The notes beneath the pieces are model-generated. The model ran no database searches. It had not been told where the DNA came from and saw only the letters and a program-made list of their open reading frames with translations. Position numbers and translations under genes: made by a program. A stretch of 64,000 nucleotides of DNA from Bacteroidota bacterium (GTDB lineage Bacteria; Bacteroidota; Ignavibacteria; Palsa-1295). The DNA is taken from the NCBI GenBank assembly GCA_021324735.1, contig JAJPIO010000009.1, positions 450,510-514,509 of the forward strand. Reading direction: 5' to 3'. Below are positions 48,348 through 58,457 of this stretch, piece after piece; the stretch's first letter is position 1, and each line of letters begins with the position of its first letter.

Positions 48348-50300
48348 ATGAAACAGTTGCTTACGGCGTTCTTTGTAACCCTTCTTTCCATTGCATTTTG
48401 CTACTCGGCACAAGCCCAGGGCTTACCCGGTGACAAACTTGACATCGTTAGCTCCAATGCAGTCGCCTTTGTAAAGGCCGATCGGAGCATCCTATATATT
48501 AAGCGGCCGGGTGCATCCGTCGACTCGTACGATCTGGTGAGCCTCATTACCTCCGCAACACAAGGATCGTTTCAGATCGATTCCATTCGGCATCTCGCAG
48601 TTATTGGGATGACTCCGAACCAGGACCACATCGTGCTGGGCGGCGCGCTCTATTTCGTCAATCCGCTTAACCAGCAGCATGTCTCGTTCATTGGTATTTT
48701 CCGGTTACCGTGGCCTCTTACTCTTGCCACCATAACGGCCGATCCGCCGGTCAATACACAGACGTTGGCAATGCCGTGGTTCTTGGTGCCAGCACCAAAT
48801 GGCGCCGGTGGTTTTCATCCGGTTGGAGTTTTATCACCGGATGGCAGCGAATGGTGGGCGACACCACAGAGCAGTTCGGAAGGAAACGAACGCTTAGTGT
48901 TCTACCATGGCAAAGTGGTAGGTGGGACCTCGGTCGATAGCGCTGTAGTAACGACGGAAATTGCCGGCAATGGCCGCCCGCCCCAAGGTGGATGGATCAC
49001 GTCCAATGTTACTCTTGACACCAGCAGTCATACAATGCTGGTCTTCTCCTTTGACGGTATGAACGATCCCTCGCAAAGTGGCCGGTTTATGATCACGCGC
49101 TGGAATCCACAAAATGTAACACCATTATTCTCATGTCTCGACATTACAGGGCAGGTAAAAGGTCTCGCGACGGATATGTACTTTATCGATAGCTTGTTCG
49201 GCCTGACTCTTATTCCTCATCAGGATGGAGGTAACGTCGATCTTGCTATTGCAAATGTAAGTAAACCACGAGATGGCTCGATTCAATTTTATTCCGCCCG
49301 ATACAACTCGATTGGTGCACTAACATCGAGCAGTAATTTACTGTCTAGGCACGTAATACCCGACGCAAATGCAACATTTTTCGCAGGTGGAAAGGCGGGC
49401 TCTTACCAGGACGCCAACTCACAATTCCACAATAATGGCCAGAGCGGAGACATTATGGTAACGAGAGATGGCAGATATGCTCTCTTTACGACACATGGCT
49501 ACCCGTTTGACAGCACCGCCACTTATCCTCATTCGCAGAGGAATGTGAAGTCCGCCATCTATTCTTACGATTTCAATGGCAGCGGTCAGGCACAGCTTAT
49601 CTATAATGATTCGAACGCCCAGGAGATACAACCAGTGTTTGTGCCTTCGTTAGATACAATTCCACATACCCCGAGCTTTAATGCTTCAACCTCGTCCTTG
49701 ACTTTTGCTGCGACTGATACTGGAAAGACCGCTTCGTCATCTGTAACGATCACTGATGCGTCCAGCTTTGCAGGTGGCATCCTCGACTCGGCTGTTATTT
49801 CGGGAGCCAATGCCAGCGAGTTTTCCATCGTTGGCGAATTTCCGGTTACCGTCCAGCATAGTAGTTCTGCAACGATCAACCTGAAGTTTGCACCCGTCGG
49901 GGCCGCGGGCTCGCGCAGCGCAACGCTCAAGATCTATTCGCACATGGCGAACCAGACGCTCTCTATCAGCTTGAGCGGTACAGCCAAAGTACAGCAGGGT
50001 GGTGGTGGCAGTGTTGCCGAGGATCCGGTGCTTGCTGCTAACATGACGGTTCAACCGAACCCGTTCACGGCTCGTACATCGATCGCACTCGTTGCTCCGC
50101 AGGATGGCGCGATCGGGATCGTGGTCCACGATGCGTTAGGCCGTACGGTCTACACTTCGGATGTGCGTAAGGTGGGTGCTGGTGCAACGGAGAATTTCTC
50201 TTTCGATGCACAGTCTCTTGCGCTTCCGAATGGCGTTTACTATGTAACGGCGTTCATTGGAGAGCGCAGCGCATCACGGCAGGTGATCTTCGTTCGGTAG
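48348..50300 (+). CDS. T9SS cargo protein (beta-rich N-terminus, choice-of-anchor D domain, CTD)
   Basis: Signal peptide; Ig-like ASH domain; C-terminal QPNPF...LPNGVYY. Confidence 0.75.
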   Translation: MKQLLTAFFVTLLSIAFCYSAQAQGLPGDKLDIVSSNAVAFVKADRSILYIKRPGASVDSYDLVSLITSATQGSFQIDSIRHLAVIGMTPNQDHIVLGGALYFVNPLNQQHVSFIGIFRLPWPLTLATITADPPVNTQTLAMPWFLVPAPNGAGGFHPVGVLSPDGSEWWATPQSSSEGNERLVFYHGKVVGGTSVDSAVVTTEIAGNGRPPQGGWITSNVTLDTSSHTMLVFSFDGMNDPSQSGRFMITRWNPQNVTPLFSCLDITGQVKGLATDMYFIDSLFGLTLIPHQDGGNVDLAIANVSKPRDGSIQFYSARYNSIGALTSSSNLLSRHVIPDANATFFAGGKAGSYQDANSQFHNNGQSGDIMVTRDGRYALFTTHGYPFDSTATYPHSQRNVKSAIYSYDFNGSGQAQLIYNDSNAQEIQPVFVPSLDTIPHTPSFNASTSSLTFAATDTGKTASSSVTITDASSFAGGILDSAVISGANASEFSIVGEFPVTVQHSSSATINLKFAPVGAAGSRSATLKIYSHMANQTLSISLSGTAKVQQGGGGSVAEDPVLAANMTVQPNPFTARTSIALVAPQDGAIGIVVHDALGRTVYTSDVRKVGAGATENFSFDAQSLALPNGVYYVTAFIGERSASRQVIFVR

Positions 50301-50316
50301 GAATTAGGCTTTAAGC

Positions 50317-50351
50317 AAAAAAAGAGGATAGCTTTTTAGCTATCCTCTTTT
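50317..50351. terminator. Bidirectional intrinsic terminator
   Basis: AAAAGAGGATAGCT-TTTT-AGCTATCCTCTTTT between convergent genes. Confidence 0.85.
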
Positions 50352-50378
50352 CGTTTTAAATCTATTTAAAGGACGGGA

Positions 50379-50663
50379 TCACTTCCATTGTATATCGCGC
50401 ACCATCCCTTCACCAAATTCCTGTGCGATCTTTTCCATTATGCCGGGCTTCTGCATTTGCAGTTCGTAGCGCCAGACCTGGTTCTTAACCTTAACGGTCA
50501 GCACCCCCTTATCAAGCTTTTCGGGATGAGTAGCTTTTGCAATCTTTTCCCCAACTATTTTAGGCCATGCGGTTATGACCGAATAGCTTCGTGCCTTCTT
50601 ATCGAGGCCGAATTCTTTCAGAGTATCGGGAATAACCTTTTCGAGTGAAATCGGATGCGCCAT
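50379..50663 (-). CDS. dciA: DUF721 / DciA helicase loader family
   Basis: W..IVG..IA..T.P......L.V.V....W..EL...K..I; lies directly downstream of recF. Confidence 0.85.
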   Translation of the reverse strand: MAHPISLEKVIPDTLKEFGLDKKARSYSVITAWPKIVGEKIAKATHPEKLDKGVLTVKVKNQVWRYELQMQKPGIMEKIAQEFGEGMVRDIQWK

Positions 50664-50690
50664 TGCTTTCGTGCAAAGATACTATACTAC

Positions 50691-51845
50691 TTACGCTCCT
50701 CGTAAAATAGGGGCAACGGTTCCGCTCGAGACTTCGAAAAATGCATGATCGCCGGACGAGAAATCCAATTTTTTTTCGAATCGAGAGCGCTCGGTCGACG
50801 TGATAAAGGTTTGACCTAACTCTTCGGAAGCAGCAAGATCGAGCAGTTGGTGAGCGCGATCGTCATCGAGCTCGCTAAAGACATCATCGAGAAGGAGAAT
50901 AGGCGTCTCGCTCGCCGCATCGCGAAGATATTCGAATTCCGCAAGCTTCATTGCAACGAGTAGCGTTTTATGCTGGCCTTGTGACGCGTAAAGCCGGGCT
51001 TCCTGCGTCGGATTTACAAATAATAAAAGTTCATCGCGGTGCGGACCAAAGAGTGTTGTTCCACGGCGAATCTCGTCCGTCTCACATTTTGAAGCCTCCG
51101 AGGCAAGCAACGCCTCATAATCCGTGGCGACGGATTCGAGTCCCATAGGTAAATACTGAAGCGACGGTTCTTCTCGGCTTTGTGAAAGCTTTGAATACCA
51201 CGCAAGAAGCCGTGGCCGGAATTCCTCGGTAAAGCTGGCTCGCCGCCGCATAATGCGGGCGCCATGCTTTCGGACGAGTTCGGTCCAGGGGGCTATTAAG
51301 GGTTGAATATAAGATAGCGAGCGCCCTTGCTGCCTTGAAAGGATCGCATTTCGCTGCTTTAATGCCCGGCGATATTCGAGCTCATCTTCCAGGTATGCTC
51401 GGCTGGCTTGCGAGAGCACCATATTAAGGAAACGTCGCCGCTCCGATGGTCCACCACCCGTAATAACTTTCTCATCCGGCGTGAGAATAACAACGGGCGC
51501 GATCCCAACGAGGTCCGCCGCCGAGCGAATGCGTTCGCTATTGGCAAAGATGCTTTTGCGGATCGGTGGCCCAAGCGTAATTTCTATCTTGACATTATGC
51601 GGCACGCCAAGATCGGTTTGAAAGCGAGCATCGACCGAAAGAGATTGCTCCTCTTTCTTTATGAGAACGCTATCCGAATGAGTGGTAAAGCTTTTAGTCA
51701 GTGTAGCAAGTGAAAGCGCTTCGAGAATAGAGGTTTTGCCTGCTCCGTTCTGGCCAACGAAAACATTGATCTTAGGCGCAAGACCAGACACGCTGGTATC
51801 GCTATGATTGCGGAAGTTCTGAAGGTGAAGAGAGTGTGCTAGCAC
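50691..51845 (-). CDS. recF: DNA replication and repair protein RecF
   Basis: NFRNH, GQNGAGKT, ERRRFL, GPHRDEL, SQGQ and LLLDDVFSELD motifs. Confidence 0.96.
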   Translation of the reverse strand: MLAHSLHLQNFRNHSDTSVSGLAPKINVFVGQNGAGKTSILEALSLATLTKSFTTHSDSVLIKKEEQSLSVDARFQTDLGVPHNVKIEITLGPPIRKSIFANSERIRSAADLVGIAPVVILTPDEKVITGGGPSERRRFLNMVLSQASRAYLEDELEYRRALKQRNAILSRQQGRSLSYIQPLIAPWTELVRKHGARIMRRRASFTEEFRPRLLAWYSKLSQSREEPSLQYLPMGLESVATDYEALLASEASKCETDEIRRGTTLFGPHRDELLLFVNPTQEARLYASQGQHKTLLVAMKLAEFEYLRDAASETPILLLDDVFSELDDDRAHQLLDLAASEELGQTFITSTERSRFEKKLDFSSGDHAFFEVSSGTVAPILRGA

Positions 51846-51857
51846 AGCCCGGTACGG

Positions 51858-52304
51858 CTATGAAAATTGGGCTTCGCGATATAACTCTGTTACAGAATCA
51901 CGCGAAAGAACAACGATAGTGAATACGCCGAGCGCAGTACCCAATGGTAAATGTAAGCAATTGACAGCCGCGACAACTATTGAAAATATCCGATGCTTTT
52001 TCTGCCTCAAAAAAATACCGGATACAATATTAAGCGCGGCCTGGACTACGTAATAGATCGAAAAGAGTACTACGAAAACTTGAAAAAAATCGAAGAACTC
52101 CGGCGGTAATCCATTGGGCCCACTGCGCCATACTTCTGCTCGTTCAAAGATTACACGAATTAACCTATACTCAAACGCGAGCATAGGGAGCATTAAGAGG
52201 GCAAGGCCCGCGCCAACAAAATGAAAGATCGAAAGGAGACGAAGGTGCTCTTCGTCGGTTGCCCGGCGATCGCTTACAAAAACGGGCTGGGCAAATTCAT
52301 TCAT
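51858..52304 (-). CDS. Hypothetical membrane protein
   Basis: Three to four TM helices with HLRLLSIFH and CL..PLGTALGVFTIVVL.R.SV..LY. Confidence 0.7.
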   Translation of the reverse strand: MNEFAQPVFVSDRRATDEEHLRLLSIFHFVGAGLALLMLPMLAFEYRLIRVIFERAEVWRSGPNGLPPEFFDFFQVFVVLFSIYYVVQAALNIVSGIFLRQKKHRIFSIVVAAVNCLHLPLGTALGVFTIVVLSRDSVTELYREAQFS

Positions 52305-52305
52305 G

Positions 52306-53421
52306 TTATCCGTTCAGCCGGACCGGCATTACGAGCATGAGCAGATCTTCTTCATTCGTGCTTGCCGGCTCGATGATGGCTGCGCGTGTCGGTGTTGAAA
52401 ACTTGAAGGAGATCTCGTCGGTATCGAGGTGCGCAAGAGCGTCTTCGATAAAGCGGCCATTAAAGCCGATCATGAGATCGTCATTGCCATAGTCGCATGG
52501 AATATGTTCCCGTGCTTCATTGCCGGCGTCGAAATTCTCAGCGAGGATCGACATCTGGTCTTTCGCTAACTGAAATTTCAATTGCTTCGTATTCGCATTG
52601 GCAAAGATGGAGACGCGCTTTACCGAACGGAGCATTGCATCCTTCGAAATGATCAGGTGCTTGTCATTCTCACGCGGAATGACAGCCTCGTAGTTCGGAT
52701 ACCGCTCGTCGATGAGACGCGATAAAATGGTCGTCGGGCCGGAGTGGAATTGCACGTGCGTTGGCGAGAAGCTAAGTGCAATGTTATCAGAATCTTCGAA
52801 AGACTTGGAGACTAAGCTCAAGGCCTTAGCCGGCACGATAATATCCAGTTCGGAATCAGTCTTAAGCGTAACATTTGTAAACCGGACCAGGCGATGTCCA
52901 TCTGTCGCTACGGCGCGAGTACCATCCGGAGAGAACTGGAACAGCACGCCCATCATGCTCGGGCGAAGATCGTCTGTAGAGACCGCGAAGACGGTTTTTG
53001 CGATGAGCCGCTTCAGCGTCGAAGCATCCACATTGATCGAACCCTCCGGCTTGAACTCGCTGGCAGCGTTCGGCAACTGCGCCGTTTCATCGACCGAGAG
53101 TTGGTAGTTACCCTGGCTCGTTTGCAAGAGCGCGCGTCGCGTTGTTTTATCGAGCGTAAATGTAAGCTCACCTTCTGGCAGCGCTCGTACGATCTCATAA
53201 AAGAGCTTTGCCGGTATATTCGCAGTGCCGTCCTTTACGCCACTTACTTCCAGTGATGCCGTGACCGTGATCTCAAGGTCCGTACCGGTAAAAGTAAGTG
53301 CATCACCCTTTAGCTCGACGAGCACCGTCTCGAGCTGAGGTAACGTGGACTTACTCGGAATAACGGCGATAACGCGTGCAAGCGTCTCTTGAAGCGGCTT
53401 AATTTGCGCGATGAATTTCAT
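52306..53421 (-). CDS. dnaN: DNA polymerase III beta sliding clamp
   Basis: STLPQL, TDLE, VATDGHRL, SRLIDERYPNY and IGFN motifs; start ATG 53421. Confidence 0.97.
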   Translation of the reverse strand: MKFIAQIKPLQETLARVIAVIPSKSTLPQLETVLVELKGDALTFTGTDLEITVTASLEVSGVKDGTANIPAKLFYEIVRALPEGELTFTLDKTTRRALLQTSQGNYQLSVDETAQLPNAASEFKPEGSINVDASTLKRLIAKTVFAVSTDDLRPSMMGVLFQFSPDGTRAVATDGHRLVRFTNVTLKTDSELDIIVPAKALSLVSKSFEDSDNIALSFSPTHVQFHSGPTTILSRLIDERYPNYEAVIPRENDKHLIISKDAMLRSVKRVSIFANANTKQLKFQLAKDQMSILAENFDAGNEAREHIPCDYGNDDLMIGFNGRFIEDALAHLDTDEISFKFSTPTRAAIIEPASTNEEDLLMLVMPVRLNG

Positions 53422-53623
53422 GGATGCGGCTCGAACAGAAATGGATGGACTACTGCCAGTGTCTCTGGTCAGGTTTCTGGCTTTGGTATAACTCAAATTC
53501 ACGACTTCCAGCGCCGGTTTGAGTTCAATTTTATCAACAAAATCGGAAAACAGAAAATCAGTGCGGGAATTCCCTAAGTGAAAGAATTCCTACTTCGAAC
53601 TAAAATTGGCCGAAAGAGCCGAT

Positions 53624-55138
53624 TTATATTGACCTTCGGGTGATTCTTTGGCCAAGTATTTTTGCTCGTTGCCATAACCAACGTAGTAGCATGGCCCAAC
53701 TACGGCTGATCGAAAGATCGGCTTCCAAAAGGAATCGCAGATCGCGCACATCTTCATCCGACATAGGAAGCTGCGATGGCTGTGAACCGGTAACAGGCAT
53801 TCCTTCTCCCGGTTCTTCCGGCTTACCCAGGAATTGCCCCAGGAGTCGGCGGAGGTGATCGTCCATTGCCTTTAGCCGGTTCGAAAGATGTTCATCCGTC
53901 TCGAACCGTTGAAGGAATTGAATATGGTCGTGCAACACCGCTAACTTTTTTGTTACTTCGGGAGTCAAAAATTCTTTTGCTTCTTCTTCGAGCGCAGCGG
54001 CGAGGGCCTCCAGATCGCTGATCGTTTCCGGGTCAGCTCGAAAGCGCTCTTTCTCGACGATGTCGTCAACGTTTATGTAGACGGATGAAAGTTGTTCAAG
54101 CTCATGCCCGAACGGAATTTTGCGCTGAGCGATCTGTGCTCGTACTCCGGCAAGCATTTGTTCGAGCATATGCCGCCGCGTAGCACCTTCGGTTACACGC
54201 AATTGGTGTTCGATGTCGTTCTTCTGGCTTTGTAGATCGAGTAATAGCCGGTCTTTTATCTGTCCTCGGGAGACCATGTCCGCGAGCTGTGCTTCATTGG
54301 GGATCACCTCCACATGGCCGATCTTTACCGTGTGAATTTGAATATTCTCATCCATTCTCGCGCGAATGTGTTCGAGATCGAGGGAGACAGCGCCATCCGT
54401 GATGATGAGAATTTCGGCGCCCGACAGATGTTCCATTTCATGGATGTCATCCAAGGCCTGAAAAATAGCACGTTGCAGGATCGTCCCTTCGCCAAGATGA
54501 TTAATTCGAAGTACGAATCGCATAAGCGCTTCGTAGCTCGCCTGGTCGACCGCCGTATGAAGTTCGCCTAAATGGTCGTCGAACGTACGAAGGCTGATAT
54601 GGCCAAGATCGACCTTGTTGCGCTTCAGGAAAAGGTAAAGGATCGCTTTGGCAAGATGGATGCGATGGTGAGACGCCATCGAGCGGGACGTATCGAAGAG
54701 CACATACACTTTTTGCTTGCGGCTGTCGAAGGCGAATCCTTCTTCCGAGTCGTCGATAGGGAGGATAACGCCCGAACGGGCGACGGGCATCCAAAGCTCG
54801 CGCAAAGCAAGCCGCTGTAAAAATACTTCCTCCGGAAGAAGAAACTGGCTCGGATAAATTCGCGAGACATCGAGATAGCTGGTAATGAGATCGGCGGCAT
54901 ATCGATCGCCGGCAGGGGAATAGCGGTGGAAGTCTTCTGCTTTATCAAGCCTCCTCGTATTGGCCGGTACCGGCAACCGGAATACCTTTTCTAATTTCTG
55001 TGAGAGCTCGTTCGTGTTATCTTCCAGGATACGCGCGATCTCGAAAATGGCTGTAAAATCTGGCGGCAGCTTCTCGTAGATGTGCGAGAAGAAGCCAAAC
55101 TCCTCCATTACCGGGAAAAATGCGCGCTCGGAAGACAA
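53624..55138 (-). CDS. VWA domain protein (ViaA-like)
   Basis: MIDAS motif LFDTSRSM, GEGT and IITDG, followed by coiled coils. Confidence 0.8.
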   Translation of the reverse strand: MSSERAFFPVMEEFGFFSHIYEKLPPDFTAIFEIARILEDNTNELSQKLEKVFRLPVPANTRRLDKAEDFHRYSPAGDRYAADLITSYLDVSRIYPSQFLLPEEVFLQRLALRELWMPVARSGVILPIDDSEEGFAFDSRKQKVYVLFDTSRSMASHHRIHLAKAILYLFLKRNKVDLGHISLRTFDDHLGELHTAVDQASYEALMRFVLRINHLGEGTILQRAIFQALDDIHEMEHLSGAEILIITDGAVSLDLEHIRARMDENIQIHTVKIGHVEVIPNEAQLADMVSRGQIKDRLLLDLQSQKNDIEHQLRVTEGATRRHMLEQMLAGVRAQIAQRKIPFGHELEQLSSVYINVDDIVEKERFRADPETISDLEALAAALEEEAKEFLTPEVTKKLAVLHDHIQFLQRFETDEHLSNRLKAMDDHLRRLLGQFLGKPEEPGEGMPVTGSQPSQLPMSDEDVRDLRFLLEADLSISRSWAMLLRWLWQRAKILGQRITRRSI

Positions 55139-55211
55139 GGGAAGTTATGAATTGATCGTGGATTCGCGGACGCTAATCCGTGAGTTGTTCGAACTCATTT
55201 TAGGTACATTA

Positions 55212-55820
55212 TTACATAAAGTAATATCTAAGCACAATACCAGTTGATGTTGCGGTACTAAAATTCCATGCGGAAGTCGTCGTCGCAGGCTCATATTTAG
55301 CACGACCACGAATCGTGGCAGCGTATGAAATAAACCCGGCGATAGAAAAATGCTCCTTGCTGTCAAGTGCATACTCCGGTCCAGCAATTAAAGCAAGGCT
55401 TGTACTCAAGTACTGGGAGCTATGTTTAATCGTATCGTAAGTATACTCATACGTCGATCGATAGCCGGTTACAGTTACGCGTGGGCCAGCGGTAAAATAT
55501 AGATTGTCGAATGGATAGCGTACTCGCCAATGCAGATATGCACCCAGACCGAGCGTAAGGGACATCGAAGTGGAATAATCGTTCGAATTTACCTCATTGT
55601 CCGAGGACGTAAACCCGATCATCGGTTCAATGCGCCACGCTCGACCATAACTATTTAGATCGGGACTTTGCCACGAAATTAGTAACAGACTCGAACCGGA
55701 AAACTGAAATCCTAATCCCATTTTCGAGGATGGCAAAGGTTTCAGATCGGCTTGGGCGTAACACGTCGCTGTAATTATAGAAAGGACCGAGAGAAATACA
55801 ATTGTTTTCATTGTGGACAA
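55212..55820 (-). CDS. Outer-membrane beta-barrel protein
   Basis: Signal peptide, alternating beta strands, GPEY and C-terminal LRYYF. Confidence 0.7.
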   Translation of the reverse strand: MSTMKTIVFLSVLSIITATCYAQADLKPLPSSKMGLGFQFSGSSLLLISWQSPDLNSYGRAWRIEPMIGFTSSDNEVNSNDYSTSMSLTLGLGAYLHWRVRYPFDNLYFTAGPRVTVTGYRSTYEYTYDTIKHSSQYLSTSLALIAGPEYALDSKEHFSIAGFISYAATIRGRAKYEPATTTSAWNFSTATSTGIVLRYYFM

Positions 55821-55826
55821 AAATAT

Positions 55827-57002
55827 TTAAGACAAAAACTCGATCGTAATATCCATGATCTCTGGCGTATTACCAATACGGATCGGAGGTCCCCACGTGC
55901 CGGAACCACAGGAGACATAAATATGGGTATTACCTTTTTTCTTATATCCCCAACTCACTTCATACACTCGTTGTGTGATATAATTCCACGGCCATATCTG
56001 CGCATGGTGCGTGTGACCGGAAAGCTGCAGGTCGACGCCATTTTGTTCTGCTTGTTCGAGATGAAACGGCGTGTGGTCCATTAAAATAAGGGGCTTGGAC
56101 TGATCCAGTAACGCCACCAACACTTCGAGTGTCTTCCGTTCGACATTTGCAAACTGCTTCGCTGCAATATCCTCGCGACCGACCAAATAAACGCCAGCCA
56201 CTTCAGTAGTCGCATCTCTCAGCATTGTAATGCCATGCGCCTCCAGATAAGCGCAGCTCGTTTCCGCATTACCGATATATTCGTGGTTGCCAGTGATAGC
56301 AAAGACGCCATGTTTGCTTCTGATCTGCTTCAACTCAGCACCCAGATCCAACTCCATCACCGGATGCGGATTACCATCCACTTGATCGCCGATCATCAAT
56401 ACCAGGTCTGCATCGATCGAATTTATTTTGCGGATCATCTGCTGTACCATTCGCCGTCCGATGAGCGAGCCCATGTGCATATCGCTGATAGCGGCAATTC
56501 GAAGAGTCGATCCCGGCTTTTCTATTTTTATCCGAAGTGGCTTTATCCTAATATTCCGGGCATTTAGAAACCCCAGGAACATCGATAGCAAGATAAAACC
56601 GGAAGTCACTGCGCCGATAATGGCTTTATTCTCTTCTGAGAGCGAGGGAATGAAGCCAAAGATGAGGTTTAATAGTCTGACAAGATCAACTAATGCCGAG
56701 GCAAGAAAAAACCATGTCATTGCGCCCAACCAGAAGGATCCTATCCATGTAAGAAGATCGCTTACGAATGAGCTCGATCGTCGCTCGAGGAATTGCCCAA
56801 CGAGGTAGCACAGGACGATAAAAAGAAAGACCGGGGGAAAAACAGAATGAACCCAGCTACTTGCTGAAATAGCGTCCATCAACCGCTCATAAATATACAA
56901 ATTGATGAGGCCATATATTGTGAGAACGATGGAAAAGAAGATAGCAAATGAGCGGCGGCGTTCTCTTCGCCGCTCTCGAACTTCGAGCGTTGCGTCCTGC
57001 AC
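55827..57002 (-). CDS. Membrane-anchored metallophosphoesterase (YkuE-like)
   Basis: Four TM helices followed by SDMH, GDQVD, GNHE, DHTP, SGHTH and GTWGPP motifs. Confidence 0.92.
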   Translation of the reverse strand: MQDATLEVRERRRERRRSFAIFFSIVLTIYGLINLYIYERLMDAISASSWVHSVFPPVFLFIVLCYLVGQFLERRSSSFVSDLLTWIGSFWLGAMTWFFLASALVDLVRLLNLIFGFIPSLSEENKAIIGAVTSGFILLSMFLGFLNARNIRIKPLRIKIEKPGSTLRIAAISDMHMGSLIGRRMVQQMIRKINSIDADLVLMIGDQVDGNPHPVMELDLGAELKQIRSKHGVFAITGNHEYIGNAETSCAYLEAHGITMLRDATTEVAGVYLVGREDIAAKQFANVERKTLEVLVALLDQSKPLILMDHTPFHLEQAEQNGVDLQLSGHTHHAQIWPWNYITQRVYEVSWGYKKKGNTHIYVSCGSGTWGPPIRIGNTPEIMDITIEFLS

Positions 57003-57018
57003 AGTTTGAATTTATGAC

Positions 57019-58377
57019 CTAAAAGTGTTCCACATGATCGGCGAAGACCTGCTTGATCTGTTCTTCCAAATGAGCTTTAAGCGATTTCAAGTCTTCCGTG
57101 GAAGGATGGATGCTCTGCAGGAAGCCTTCGGCTAACCGGCGCTTATGAGCGGCGGATGCATCGGCGACCCCGAGTGTTTCTTTTGCCCACGCGATGAGAG
57201 ATCGCCTTGTTGGAACGCTACCTTCTAATTCCGTGAGCGGCTTCGACATGAGTGTAGGATCGTGGCGGAGTCGCGACAAAGTTTCATCGAGCGTAAGCAG
57301 CGAGGCGAGTTGATCGAATGCGCCGGACACCTGATAAAGCTGGAGCAGCGTTTCGTACGATCTCTGAAAGAGCGCCTTCTCTTCTGCGATACCGGCGGTA
57401 CACAGTAACAAATGCAGTTTCGGAATATCAGACCGCTCTGCATTTAAACGGCCGTGCAATAATGCAATGGCCCGGAGTACATCCAACGACTTCGCCTGGG
57501 TTCGAGGCGAGATATAAAAATCCTTCGTTCGAAGATGCGCTTCATGAGGCCGCTCATGCAGGAGTCGGTTGCGCTGAATCTCATAATGGCGAATTACAAG
57601 ATTCATAAAATAAACAACATCAGGTGTAACCGTCACTTGAGAGCCCTGGAGATCGCCCCGGATCAATCGGCAAGCGTAGACCAAGTCGCTATAGTGCACC
57701 TTCTTGGGTGGCTCGATCGCATTGCCGAGATTCTTTAGATATTGTTGCGATATCTTATACTGGAAAAAGACATCTTTATCCGGATGGATCAGCGCTTTGA
57801 AAAGAAAGCGATCGAGCAGCGCTTCAGTGATCTCCGAAAGTCGAAGATAATTCGTTGCAGCAATAACCGTATGAACGCTCGAGTGTACCCTCTGCACACC
57901 ACGAATCAGTTCTCGTTCGTTCAAGAGCGATAGCAGTGCGCGCAATGTATAGTCATTGGCGTCGAAAATTTCGTCGATAAATCCAAATTCGCTTTCGACA
58001 AGCGATCCTTCCGTGTTATGGATCAAGCGGCCTTGTTTTAGCTCATCGAGAAGCAGGCCGCCAAAGTAGGTATCGGGCTGCTGCTCTTTACTCGCCTGGA
58101 CCTTAAAAGTACGCGCTCCTTCGAACATCCGAAAGATCTGCTCGGCCAGAAGCGTCTTTCCAACGCCTGTTCGACTCTCGAGCAGAACATGCTCGCCGAT
58201 GAGCATTGCCAGAAAGATCTGTTCAACTACCTCCTCACGGTTTACTATGCGCTCCTGAACGAACTCCAATGCTTCATTCAGGTCAACGATGATAGCTGAC
58301 ATATCGCGCGACGCGCCATTCGTCCCGACTGTTGTTCCAGTCACTGCTGCCATTCCTCGGGTCTTGACTTCGGCCAT
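57019..58377 (-). CDS. MoxR/RavA-like AAA+ ATPase
   Basis: EHVLL.SRTGVGKT (Walker A variant), FIDEIF, LL.LLNER, AATN and ALLDRF motifs. Confidence 0.85.
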   Translation of the reverse strand: MAEVKTRGMAAVTGTTVGTNGASRDMSAIIVDLNEALEFVQERIVNREEVVEQIFLAMLIGEHVLLESRTGVGKTLLAEQIFRMFEGARTFKVQASKEQQPDTYFGGLLLDELKQGRLIHNTEGSLVESEFGFIDEIFDANDYTLRALLSLLNERELIRGVQRVHSSVHTVIAATNYLRLSEITEALLDRFLFKALIHPDKDVFFQYKISQQYLKNLGNAIEPPKKVHYSDLVYACRLIRGDLQGSQVTVTPDVVYFMNLVIRHYEIQRNRLLHERPHEAHLRTKDFYISPRTQAKSLDVLRAIALLHGRLNAERSDIPKLHLLLCTAGIAEEKALFQRSYETLLQLYQVSGAFDQLASLLTLDETLSRLRHDPTLMSKPLTELEGSVPTRRSLIAWAKETLGVADASAAHKRRLAEGFLQSIHPSTEDLKSLKAHLEEQIKQVFADHVEHF

Positions 58378-58457
58378 GGTCTATTATAGGCTCAATCCAG
58401 AATACCTGAGAAAAGCTTGGAAGGGGAGAAAGTTGCGCCGGTCGTTGTTAACCGATC

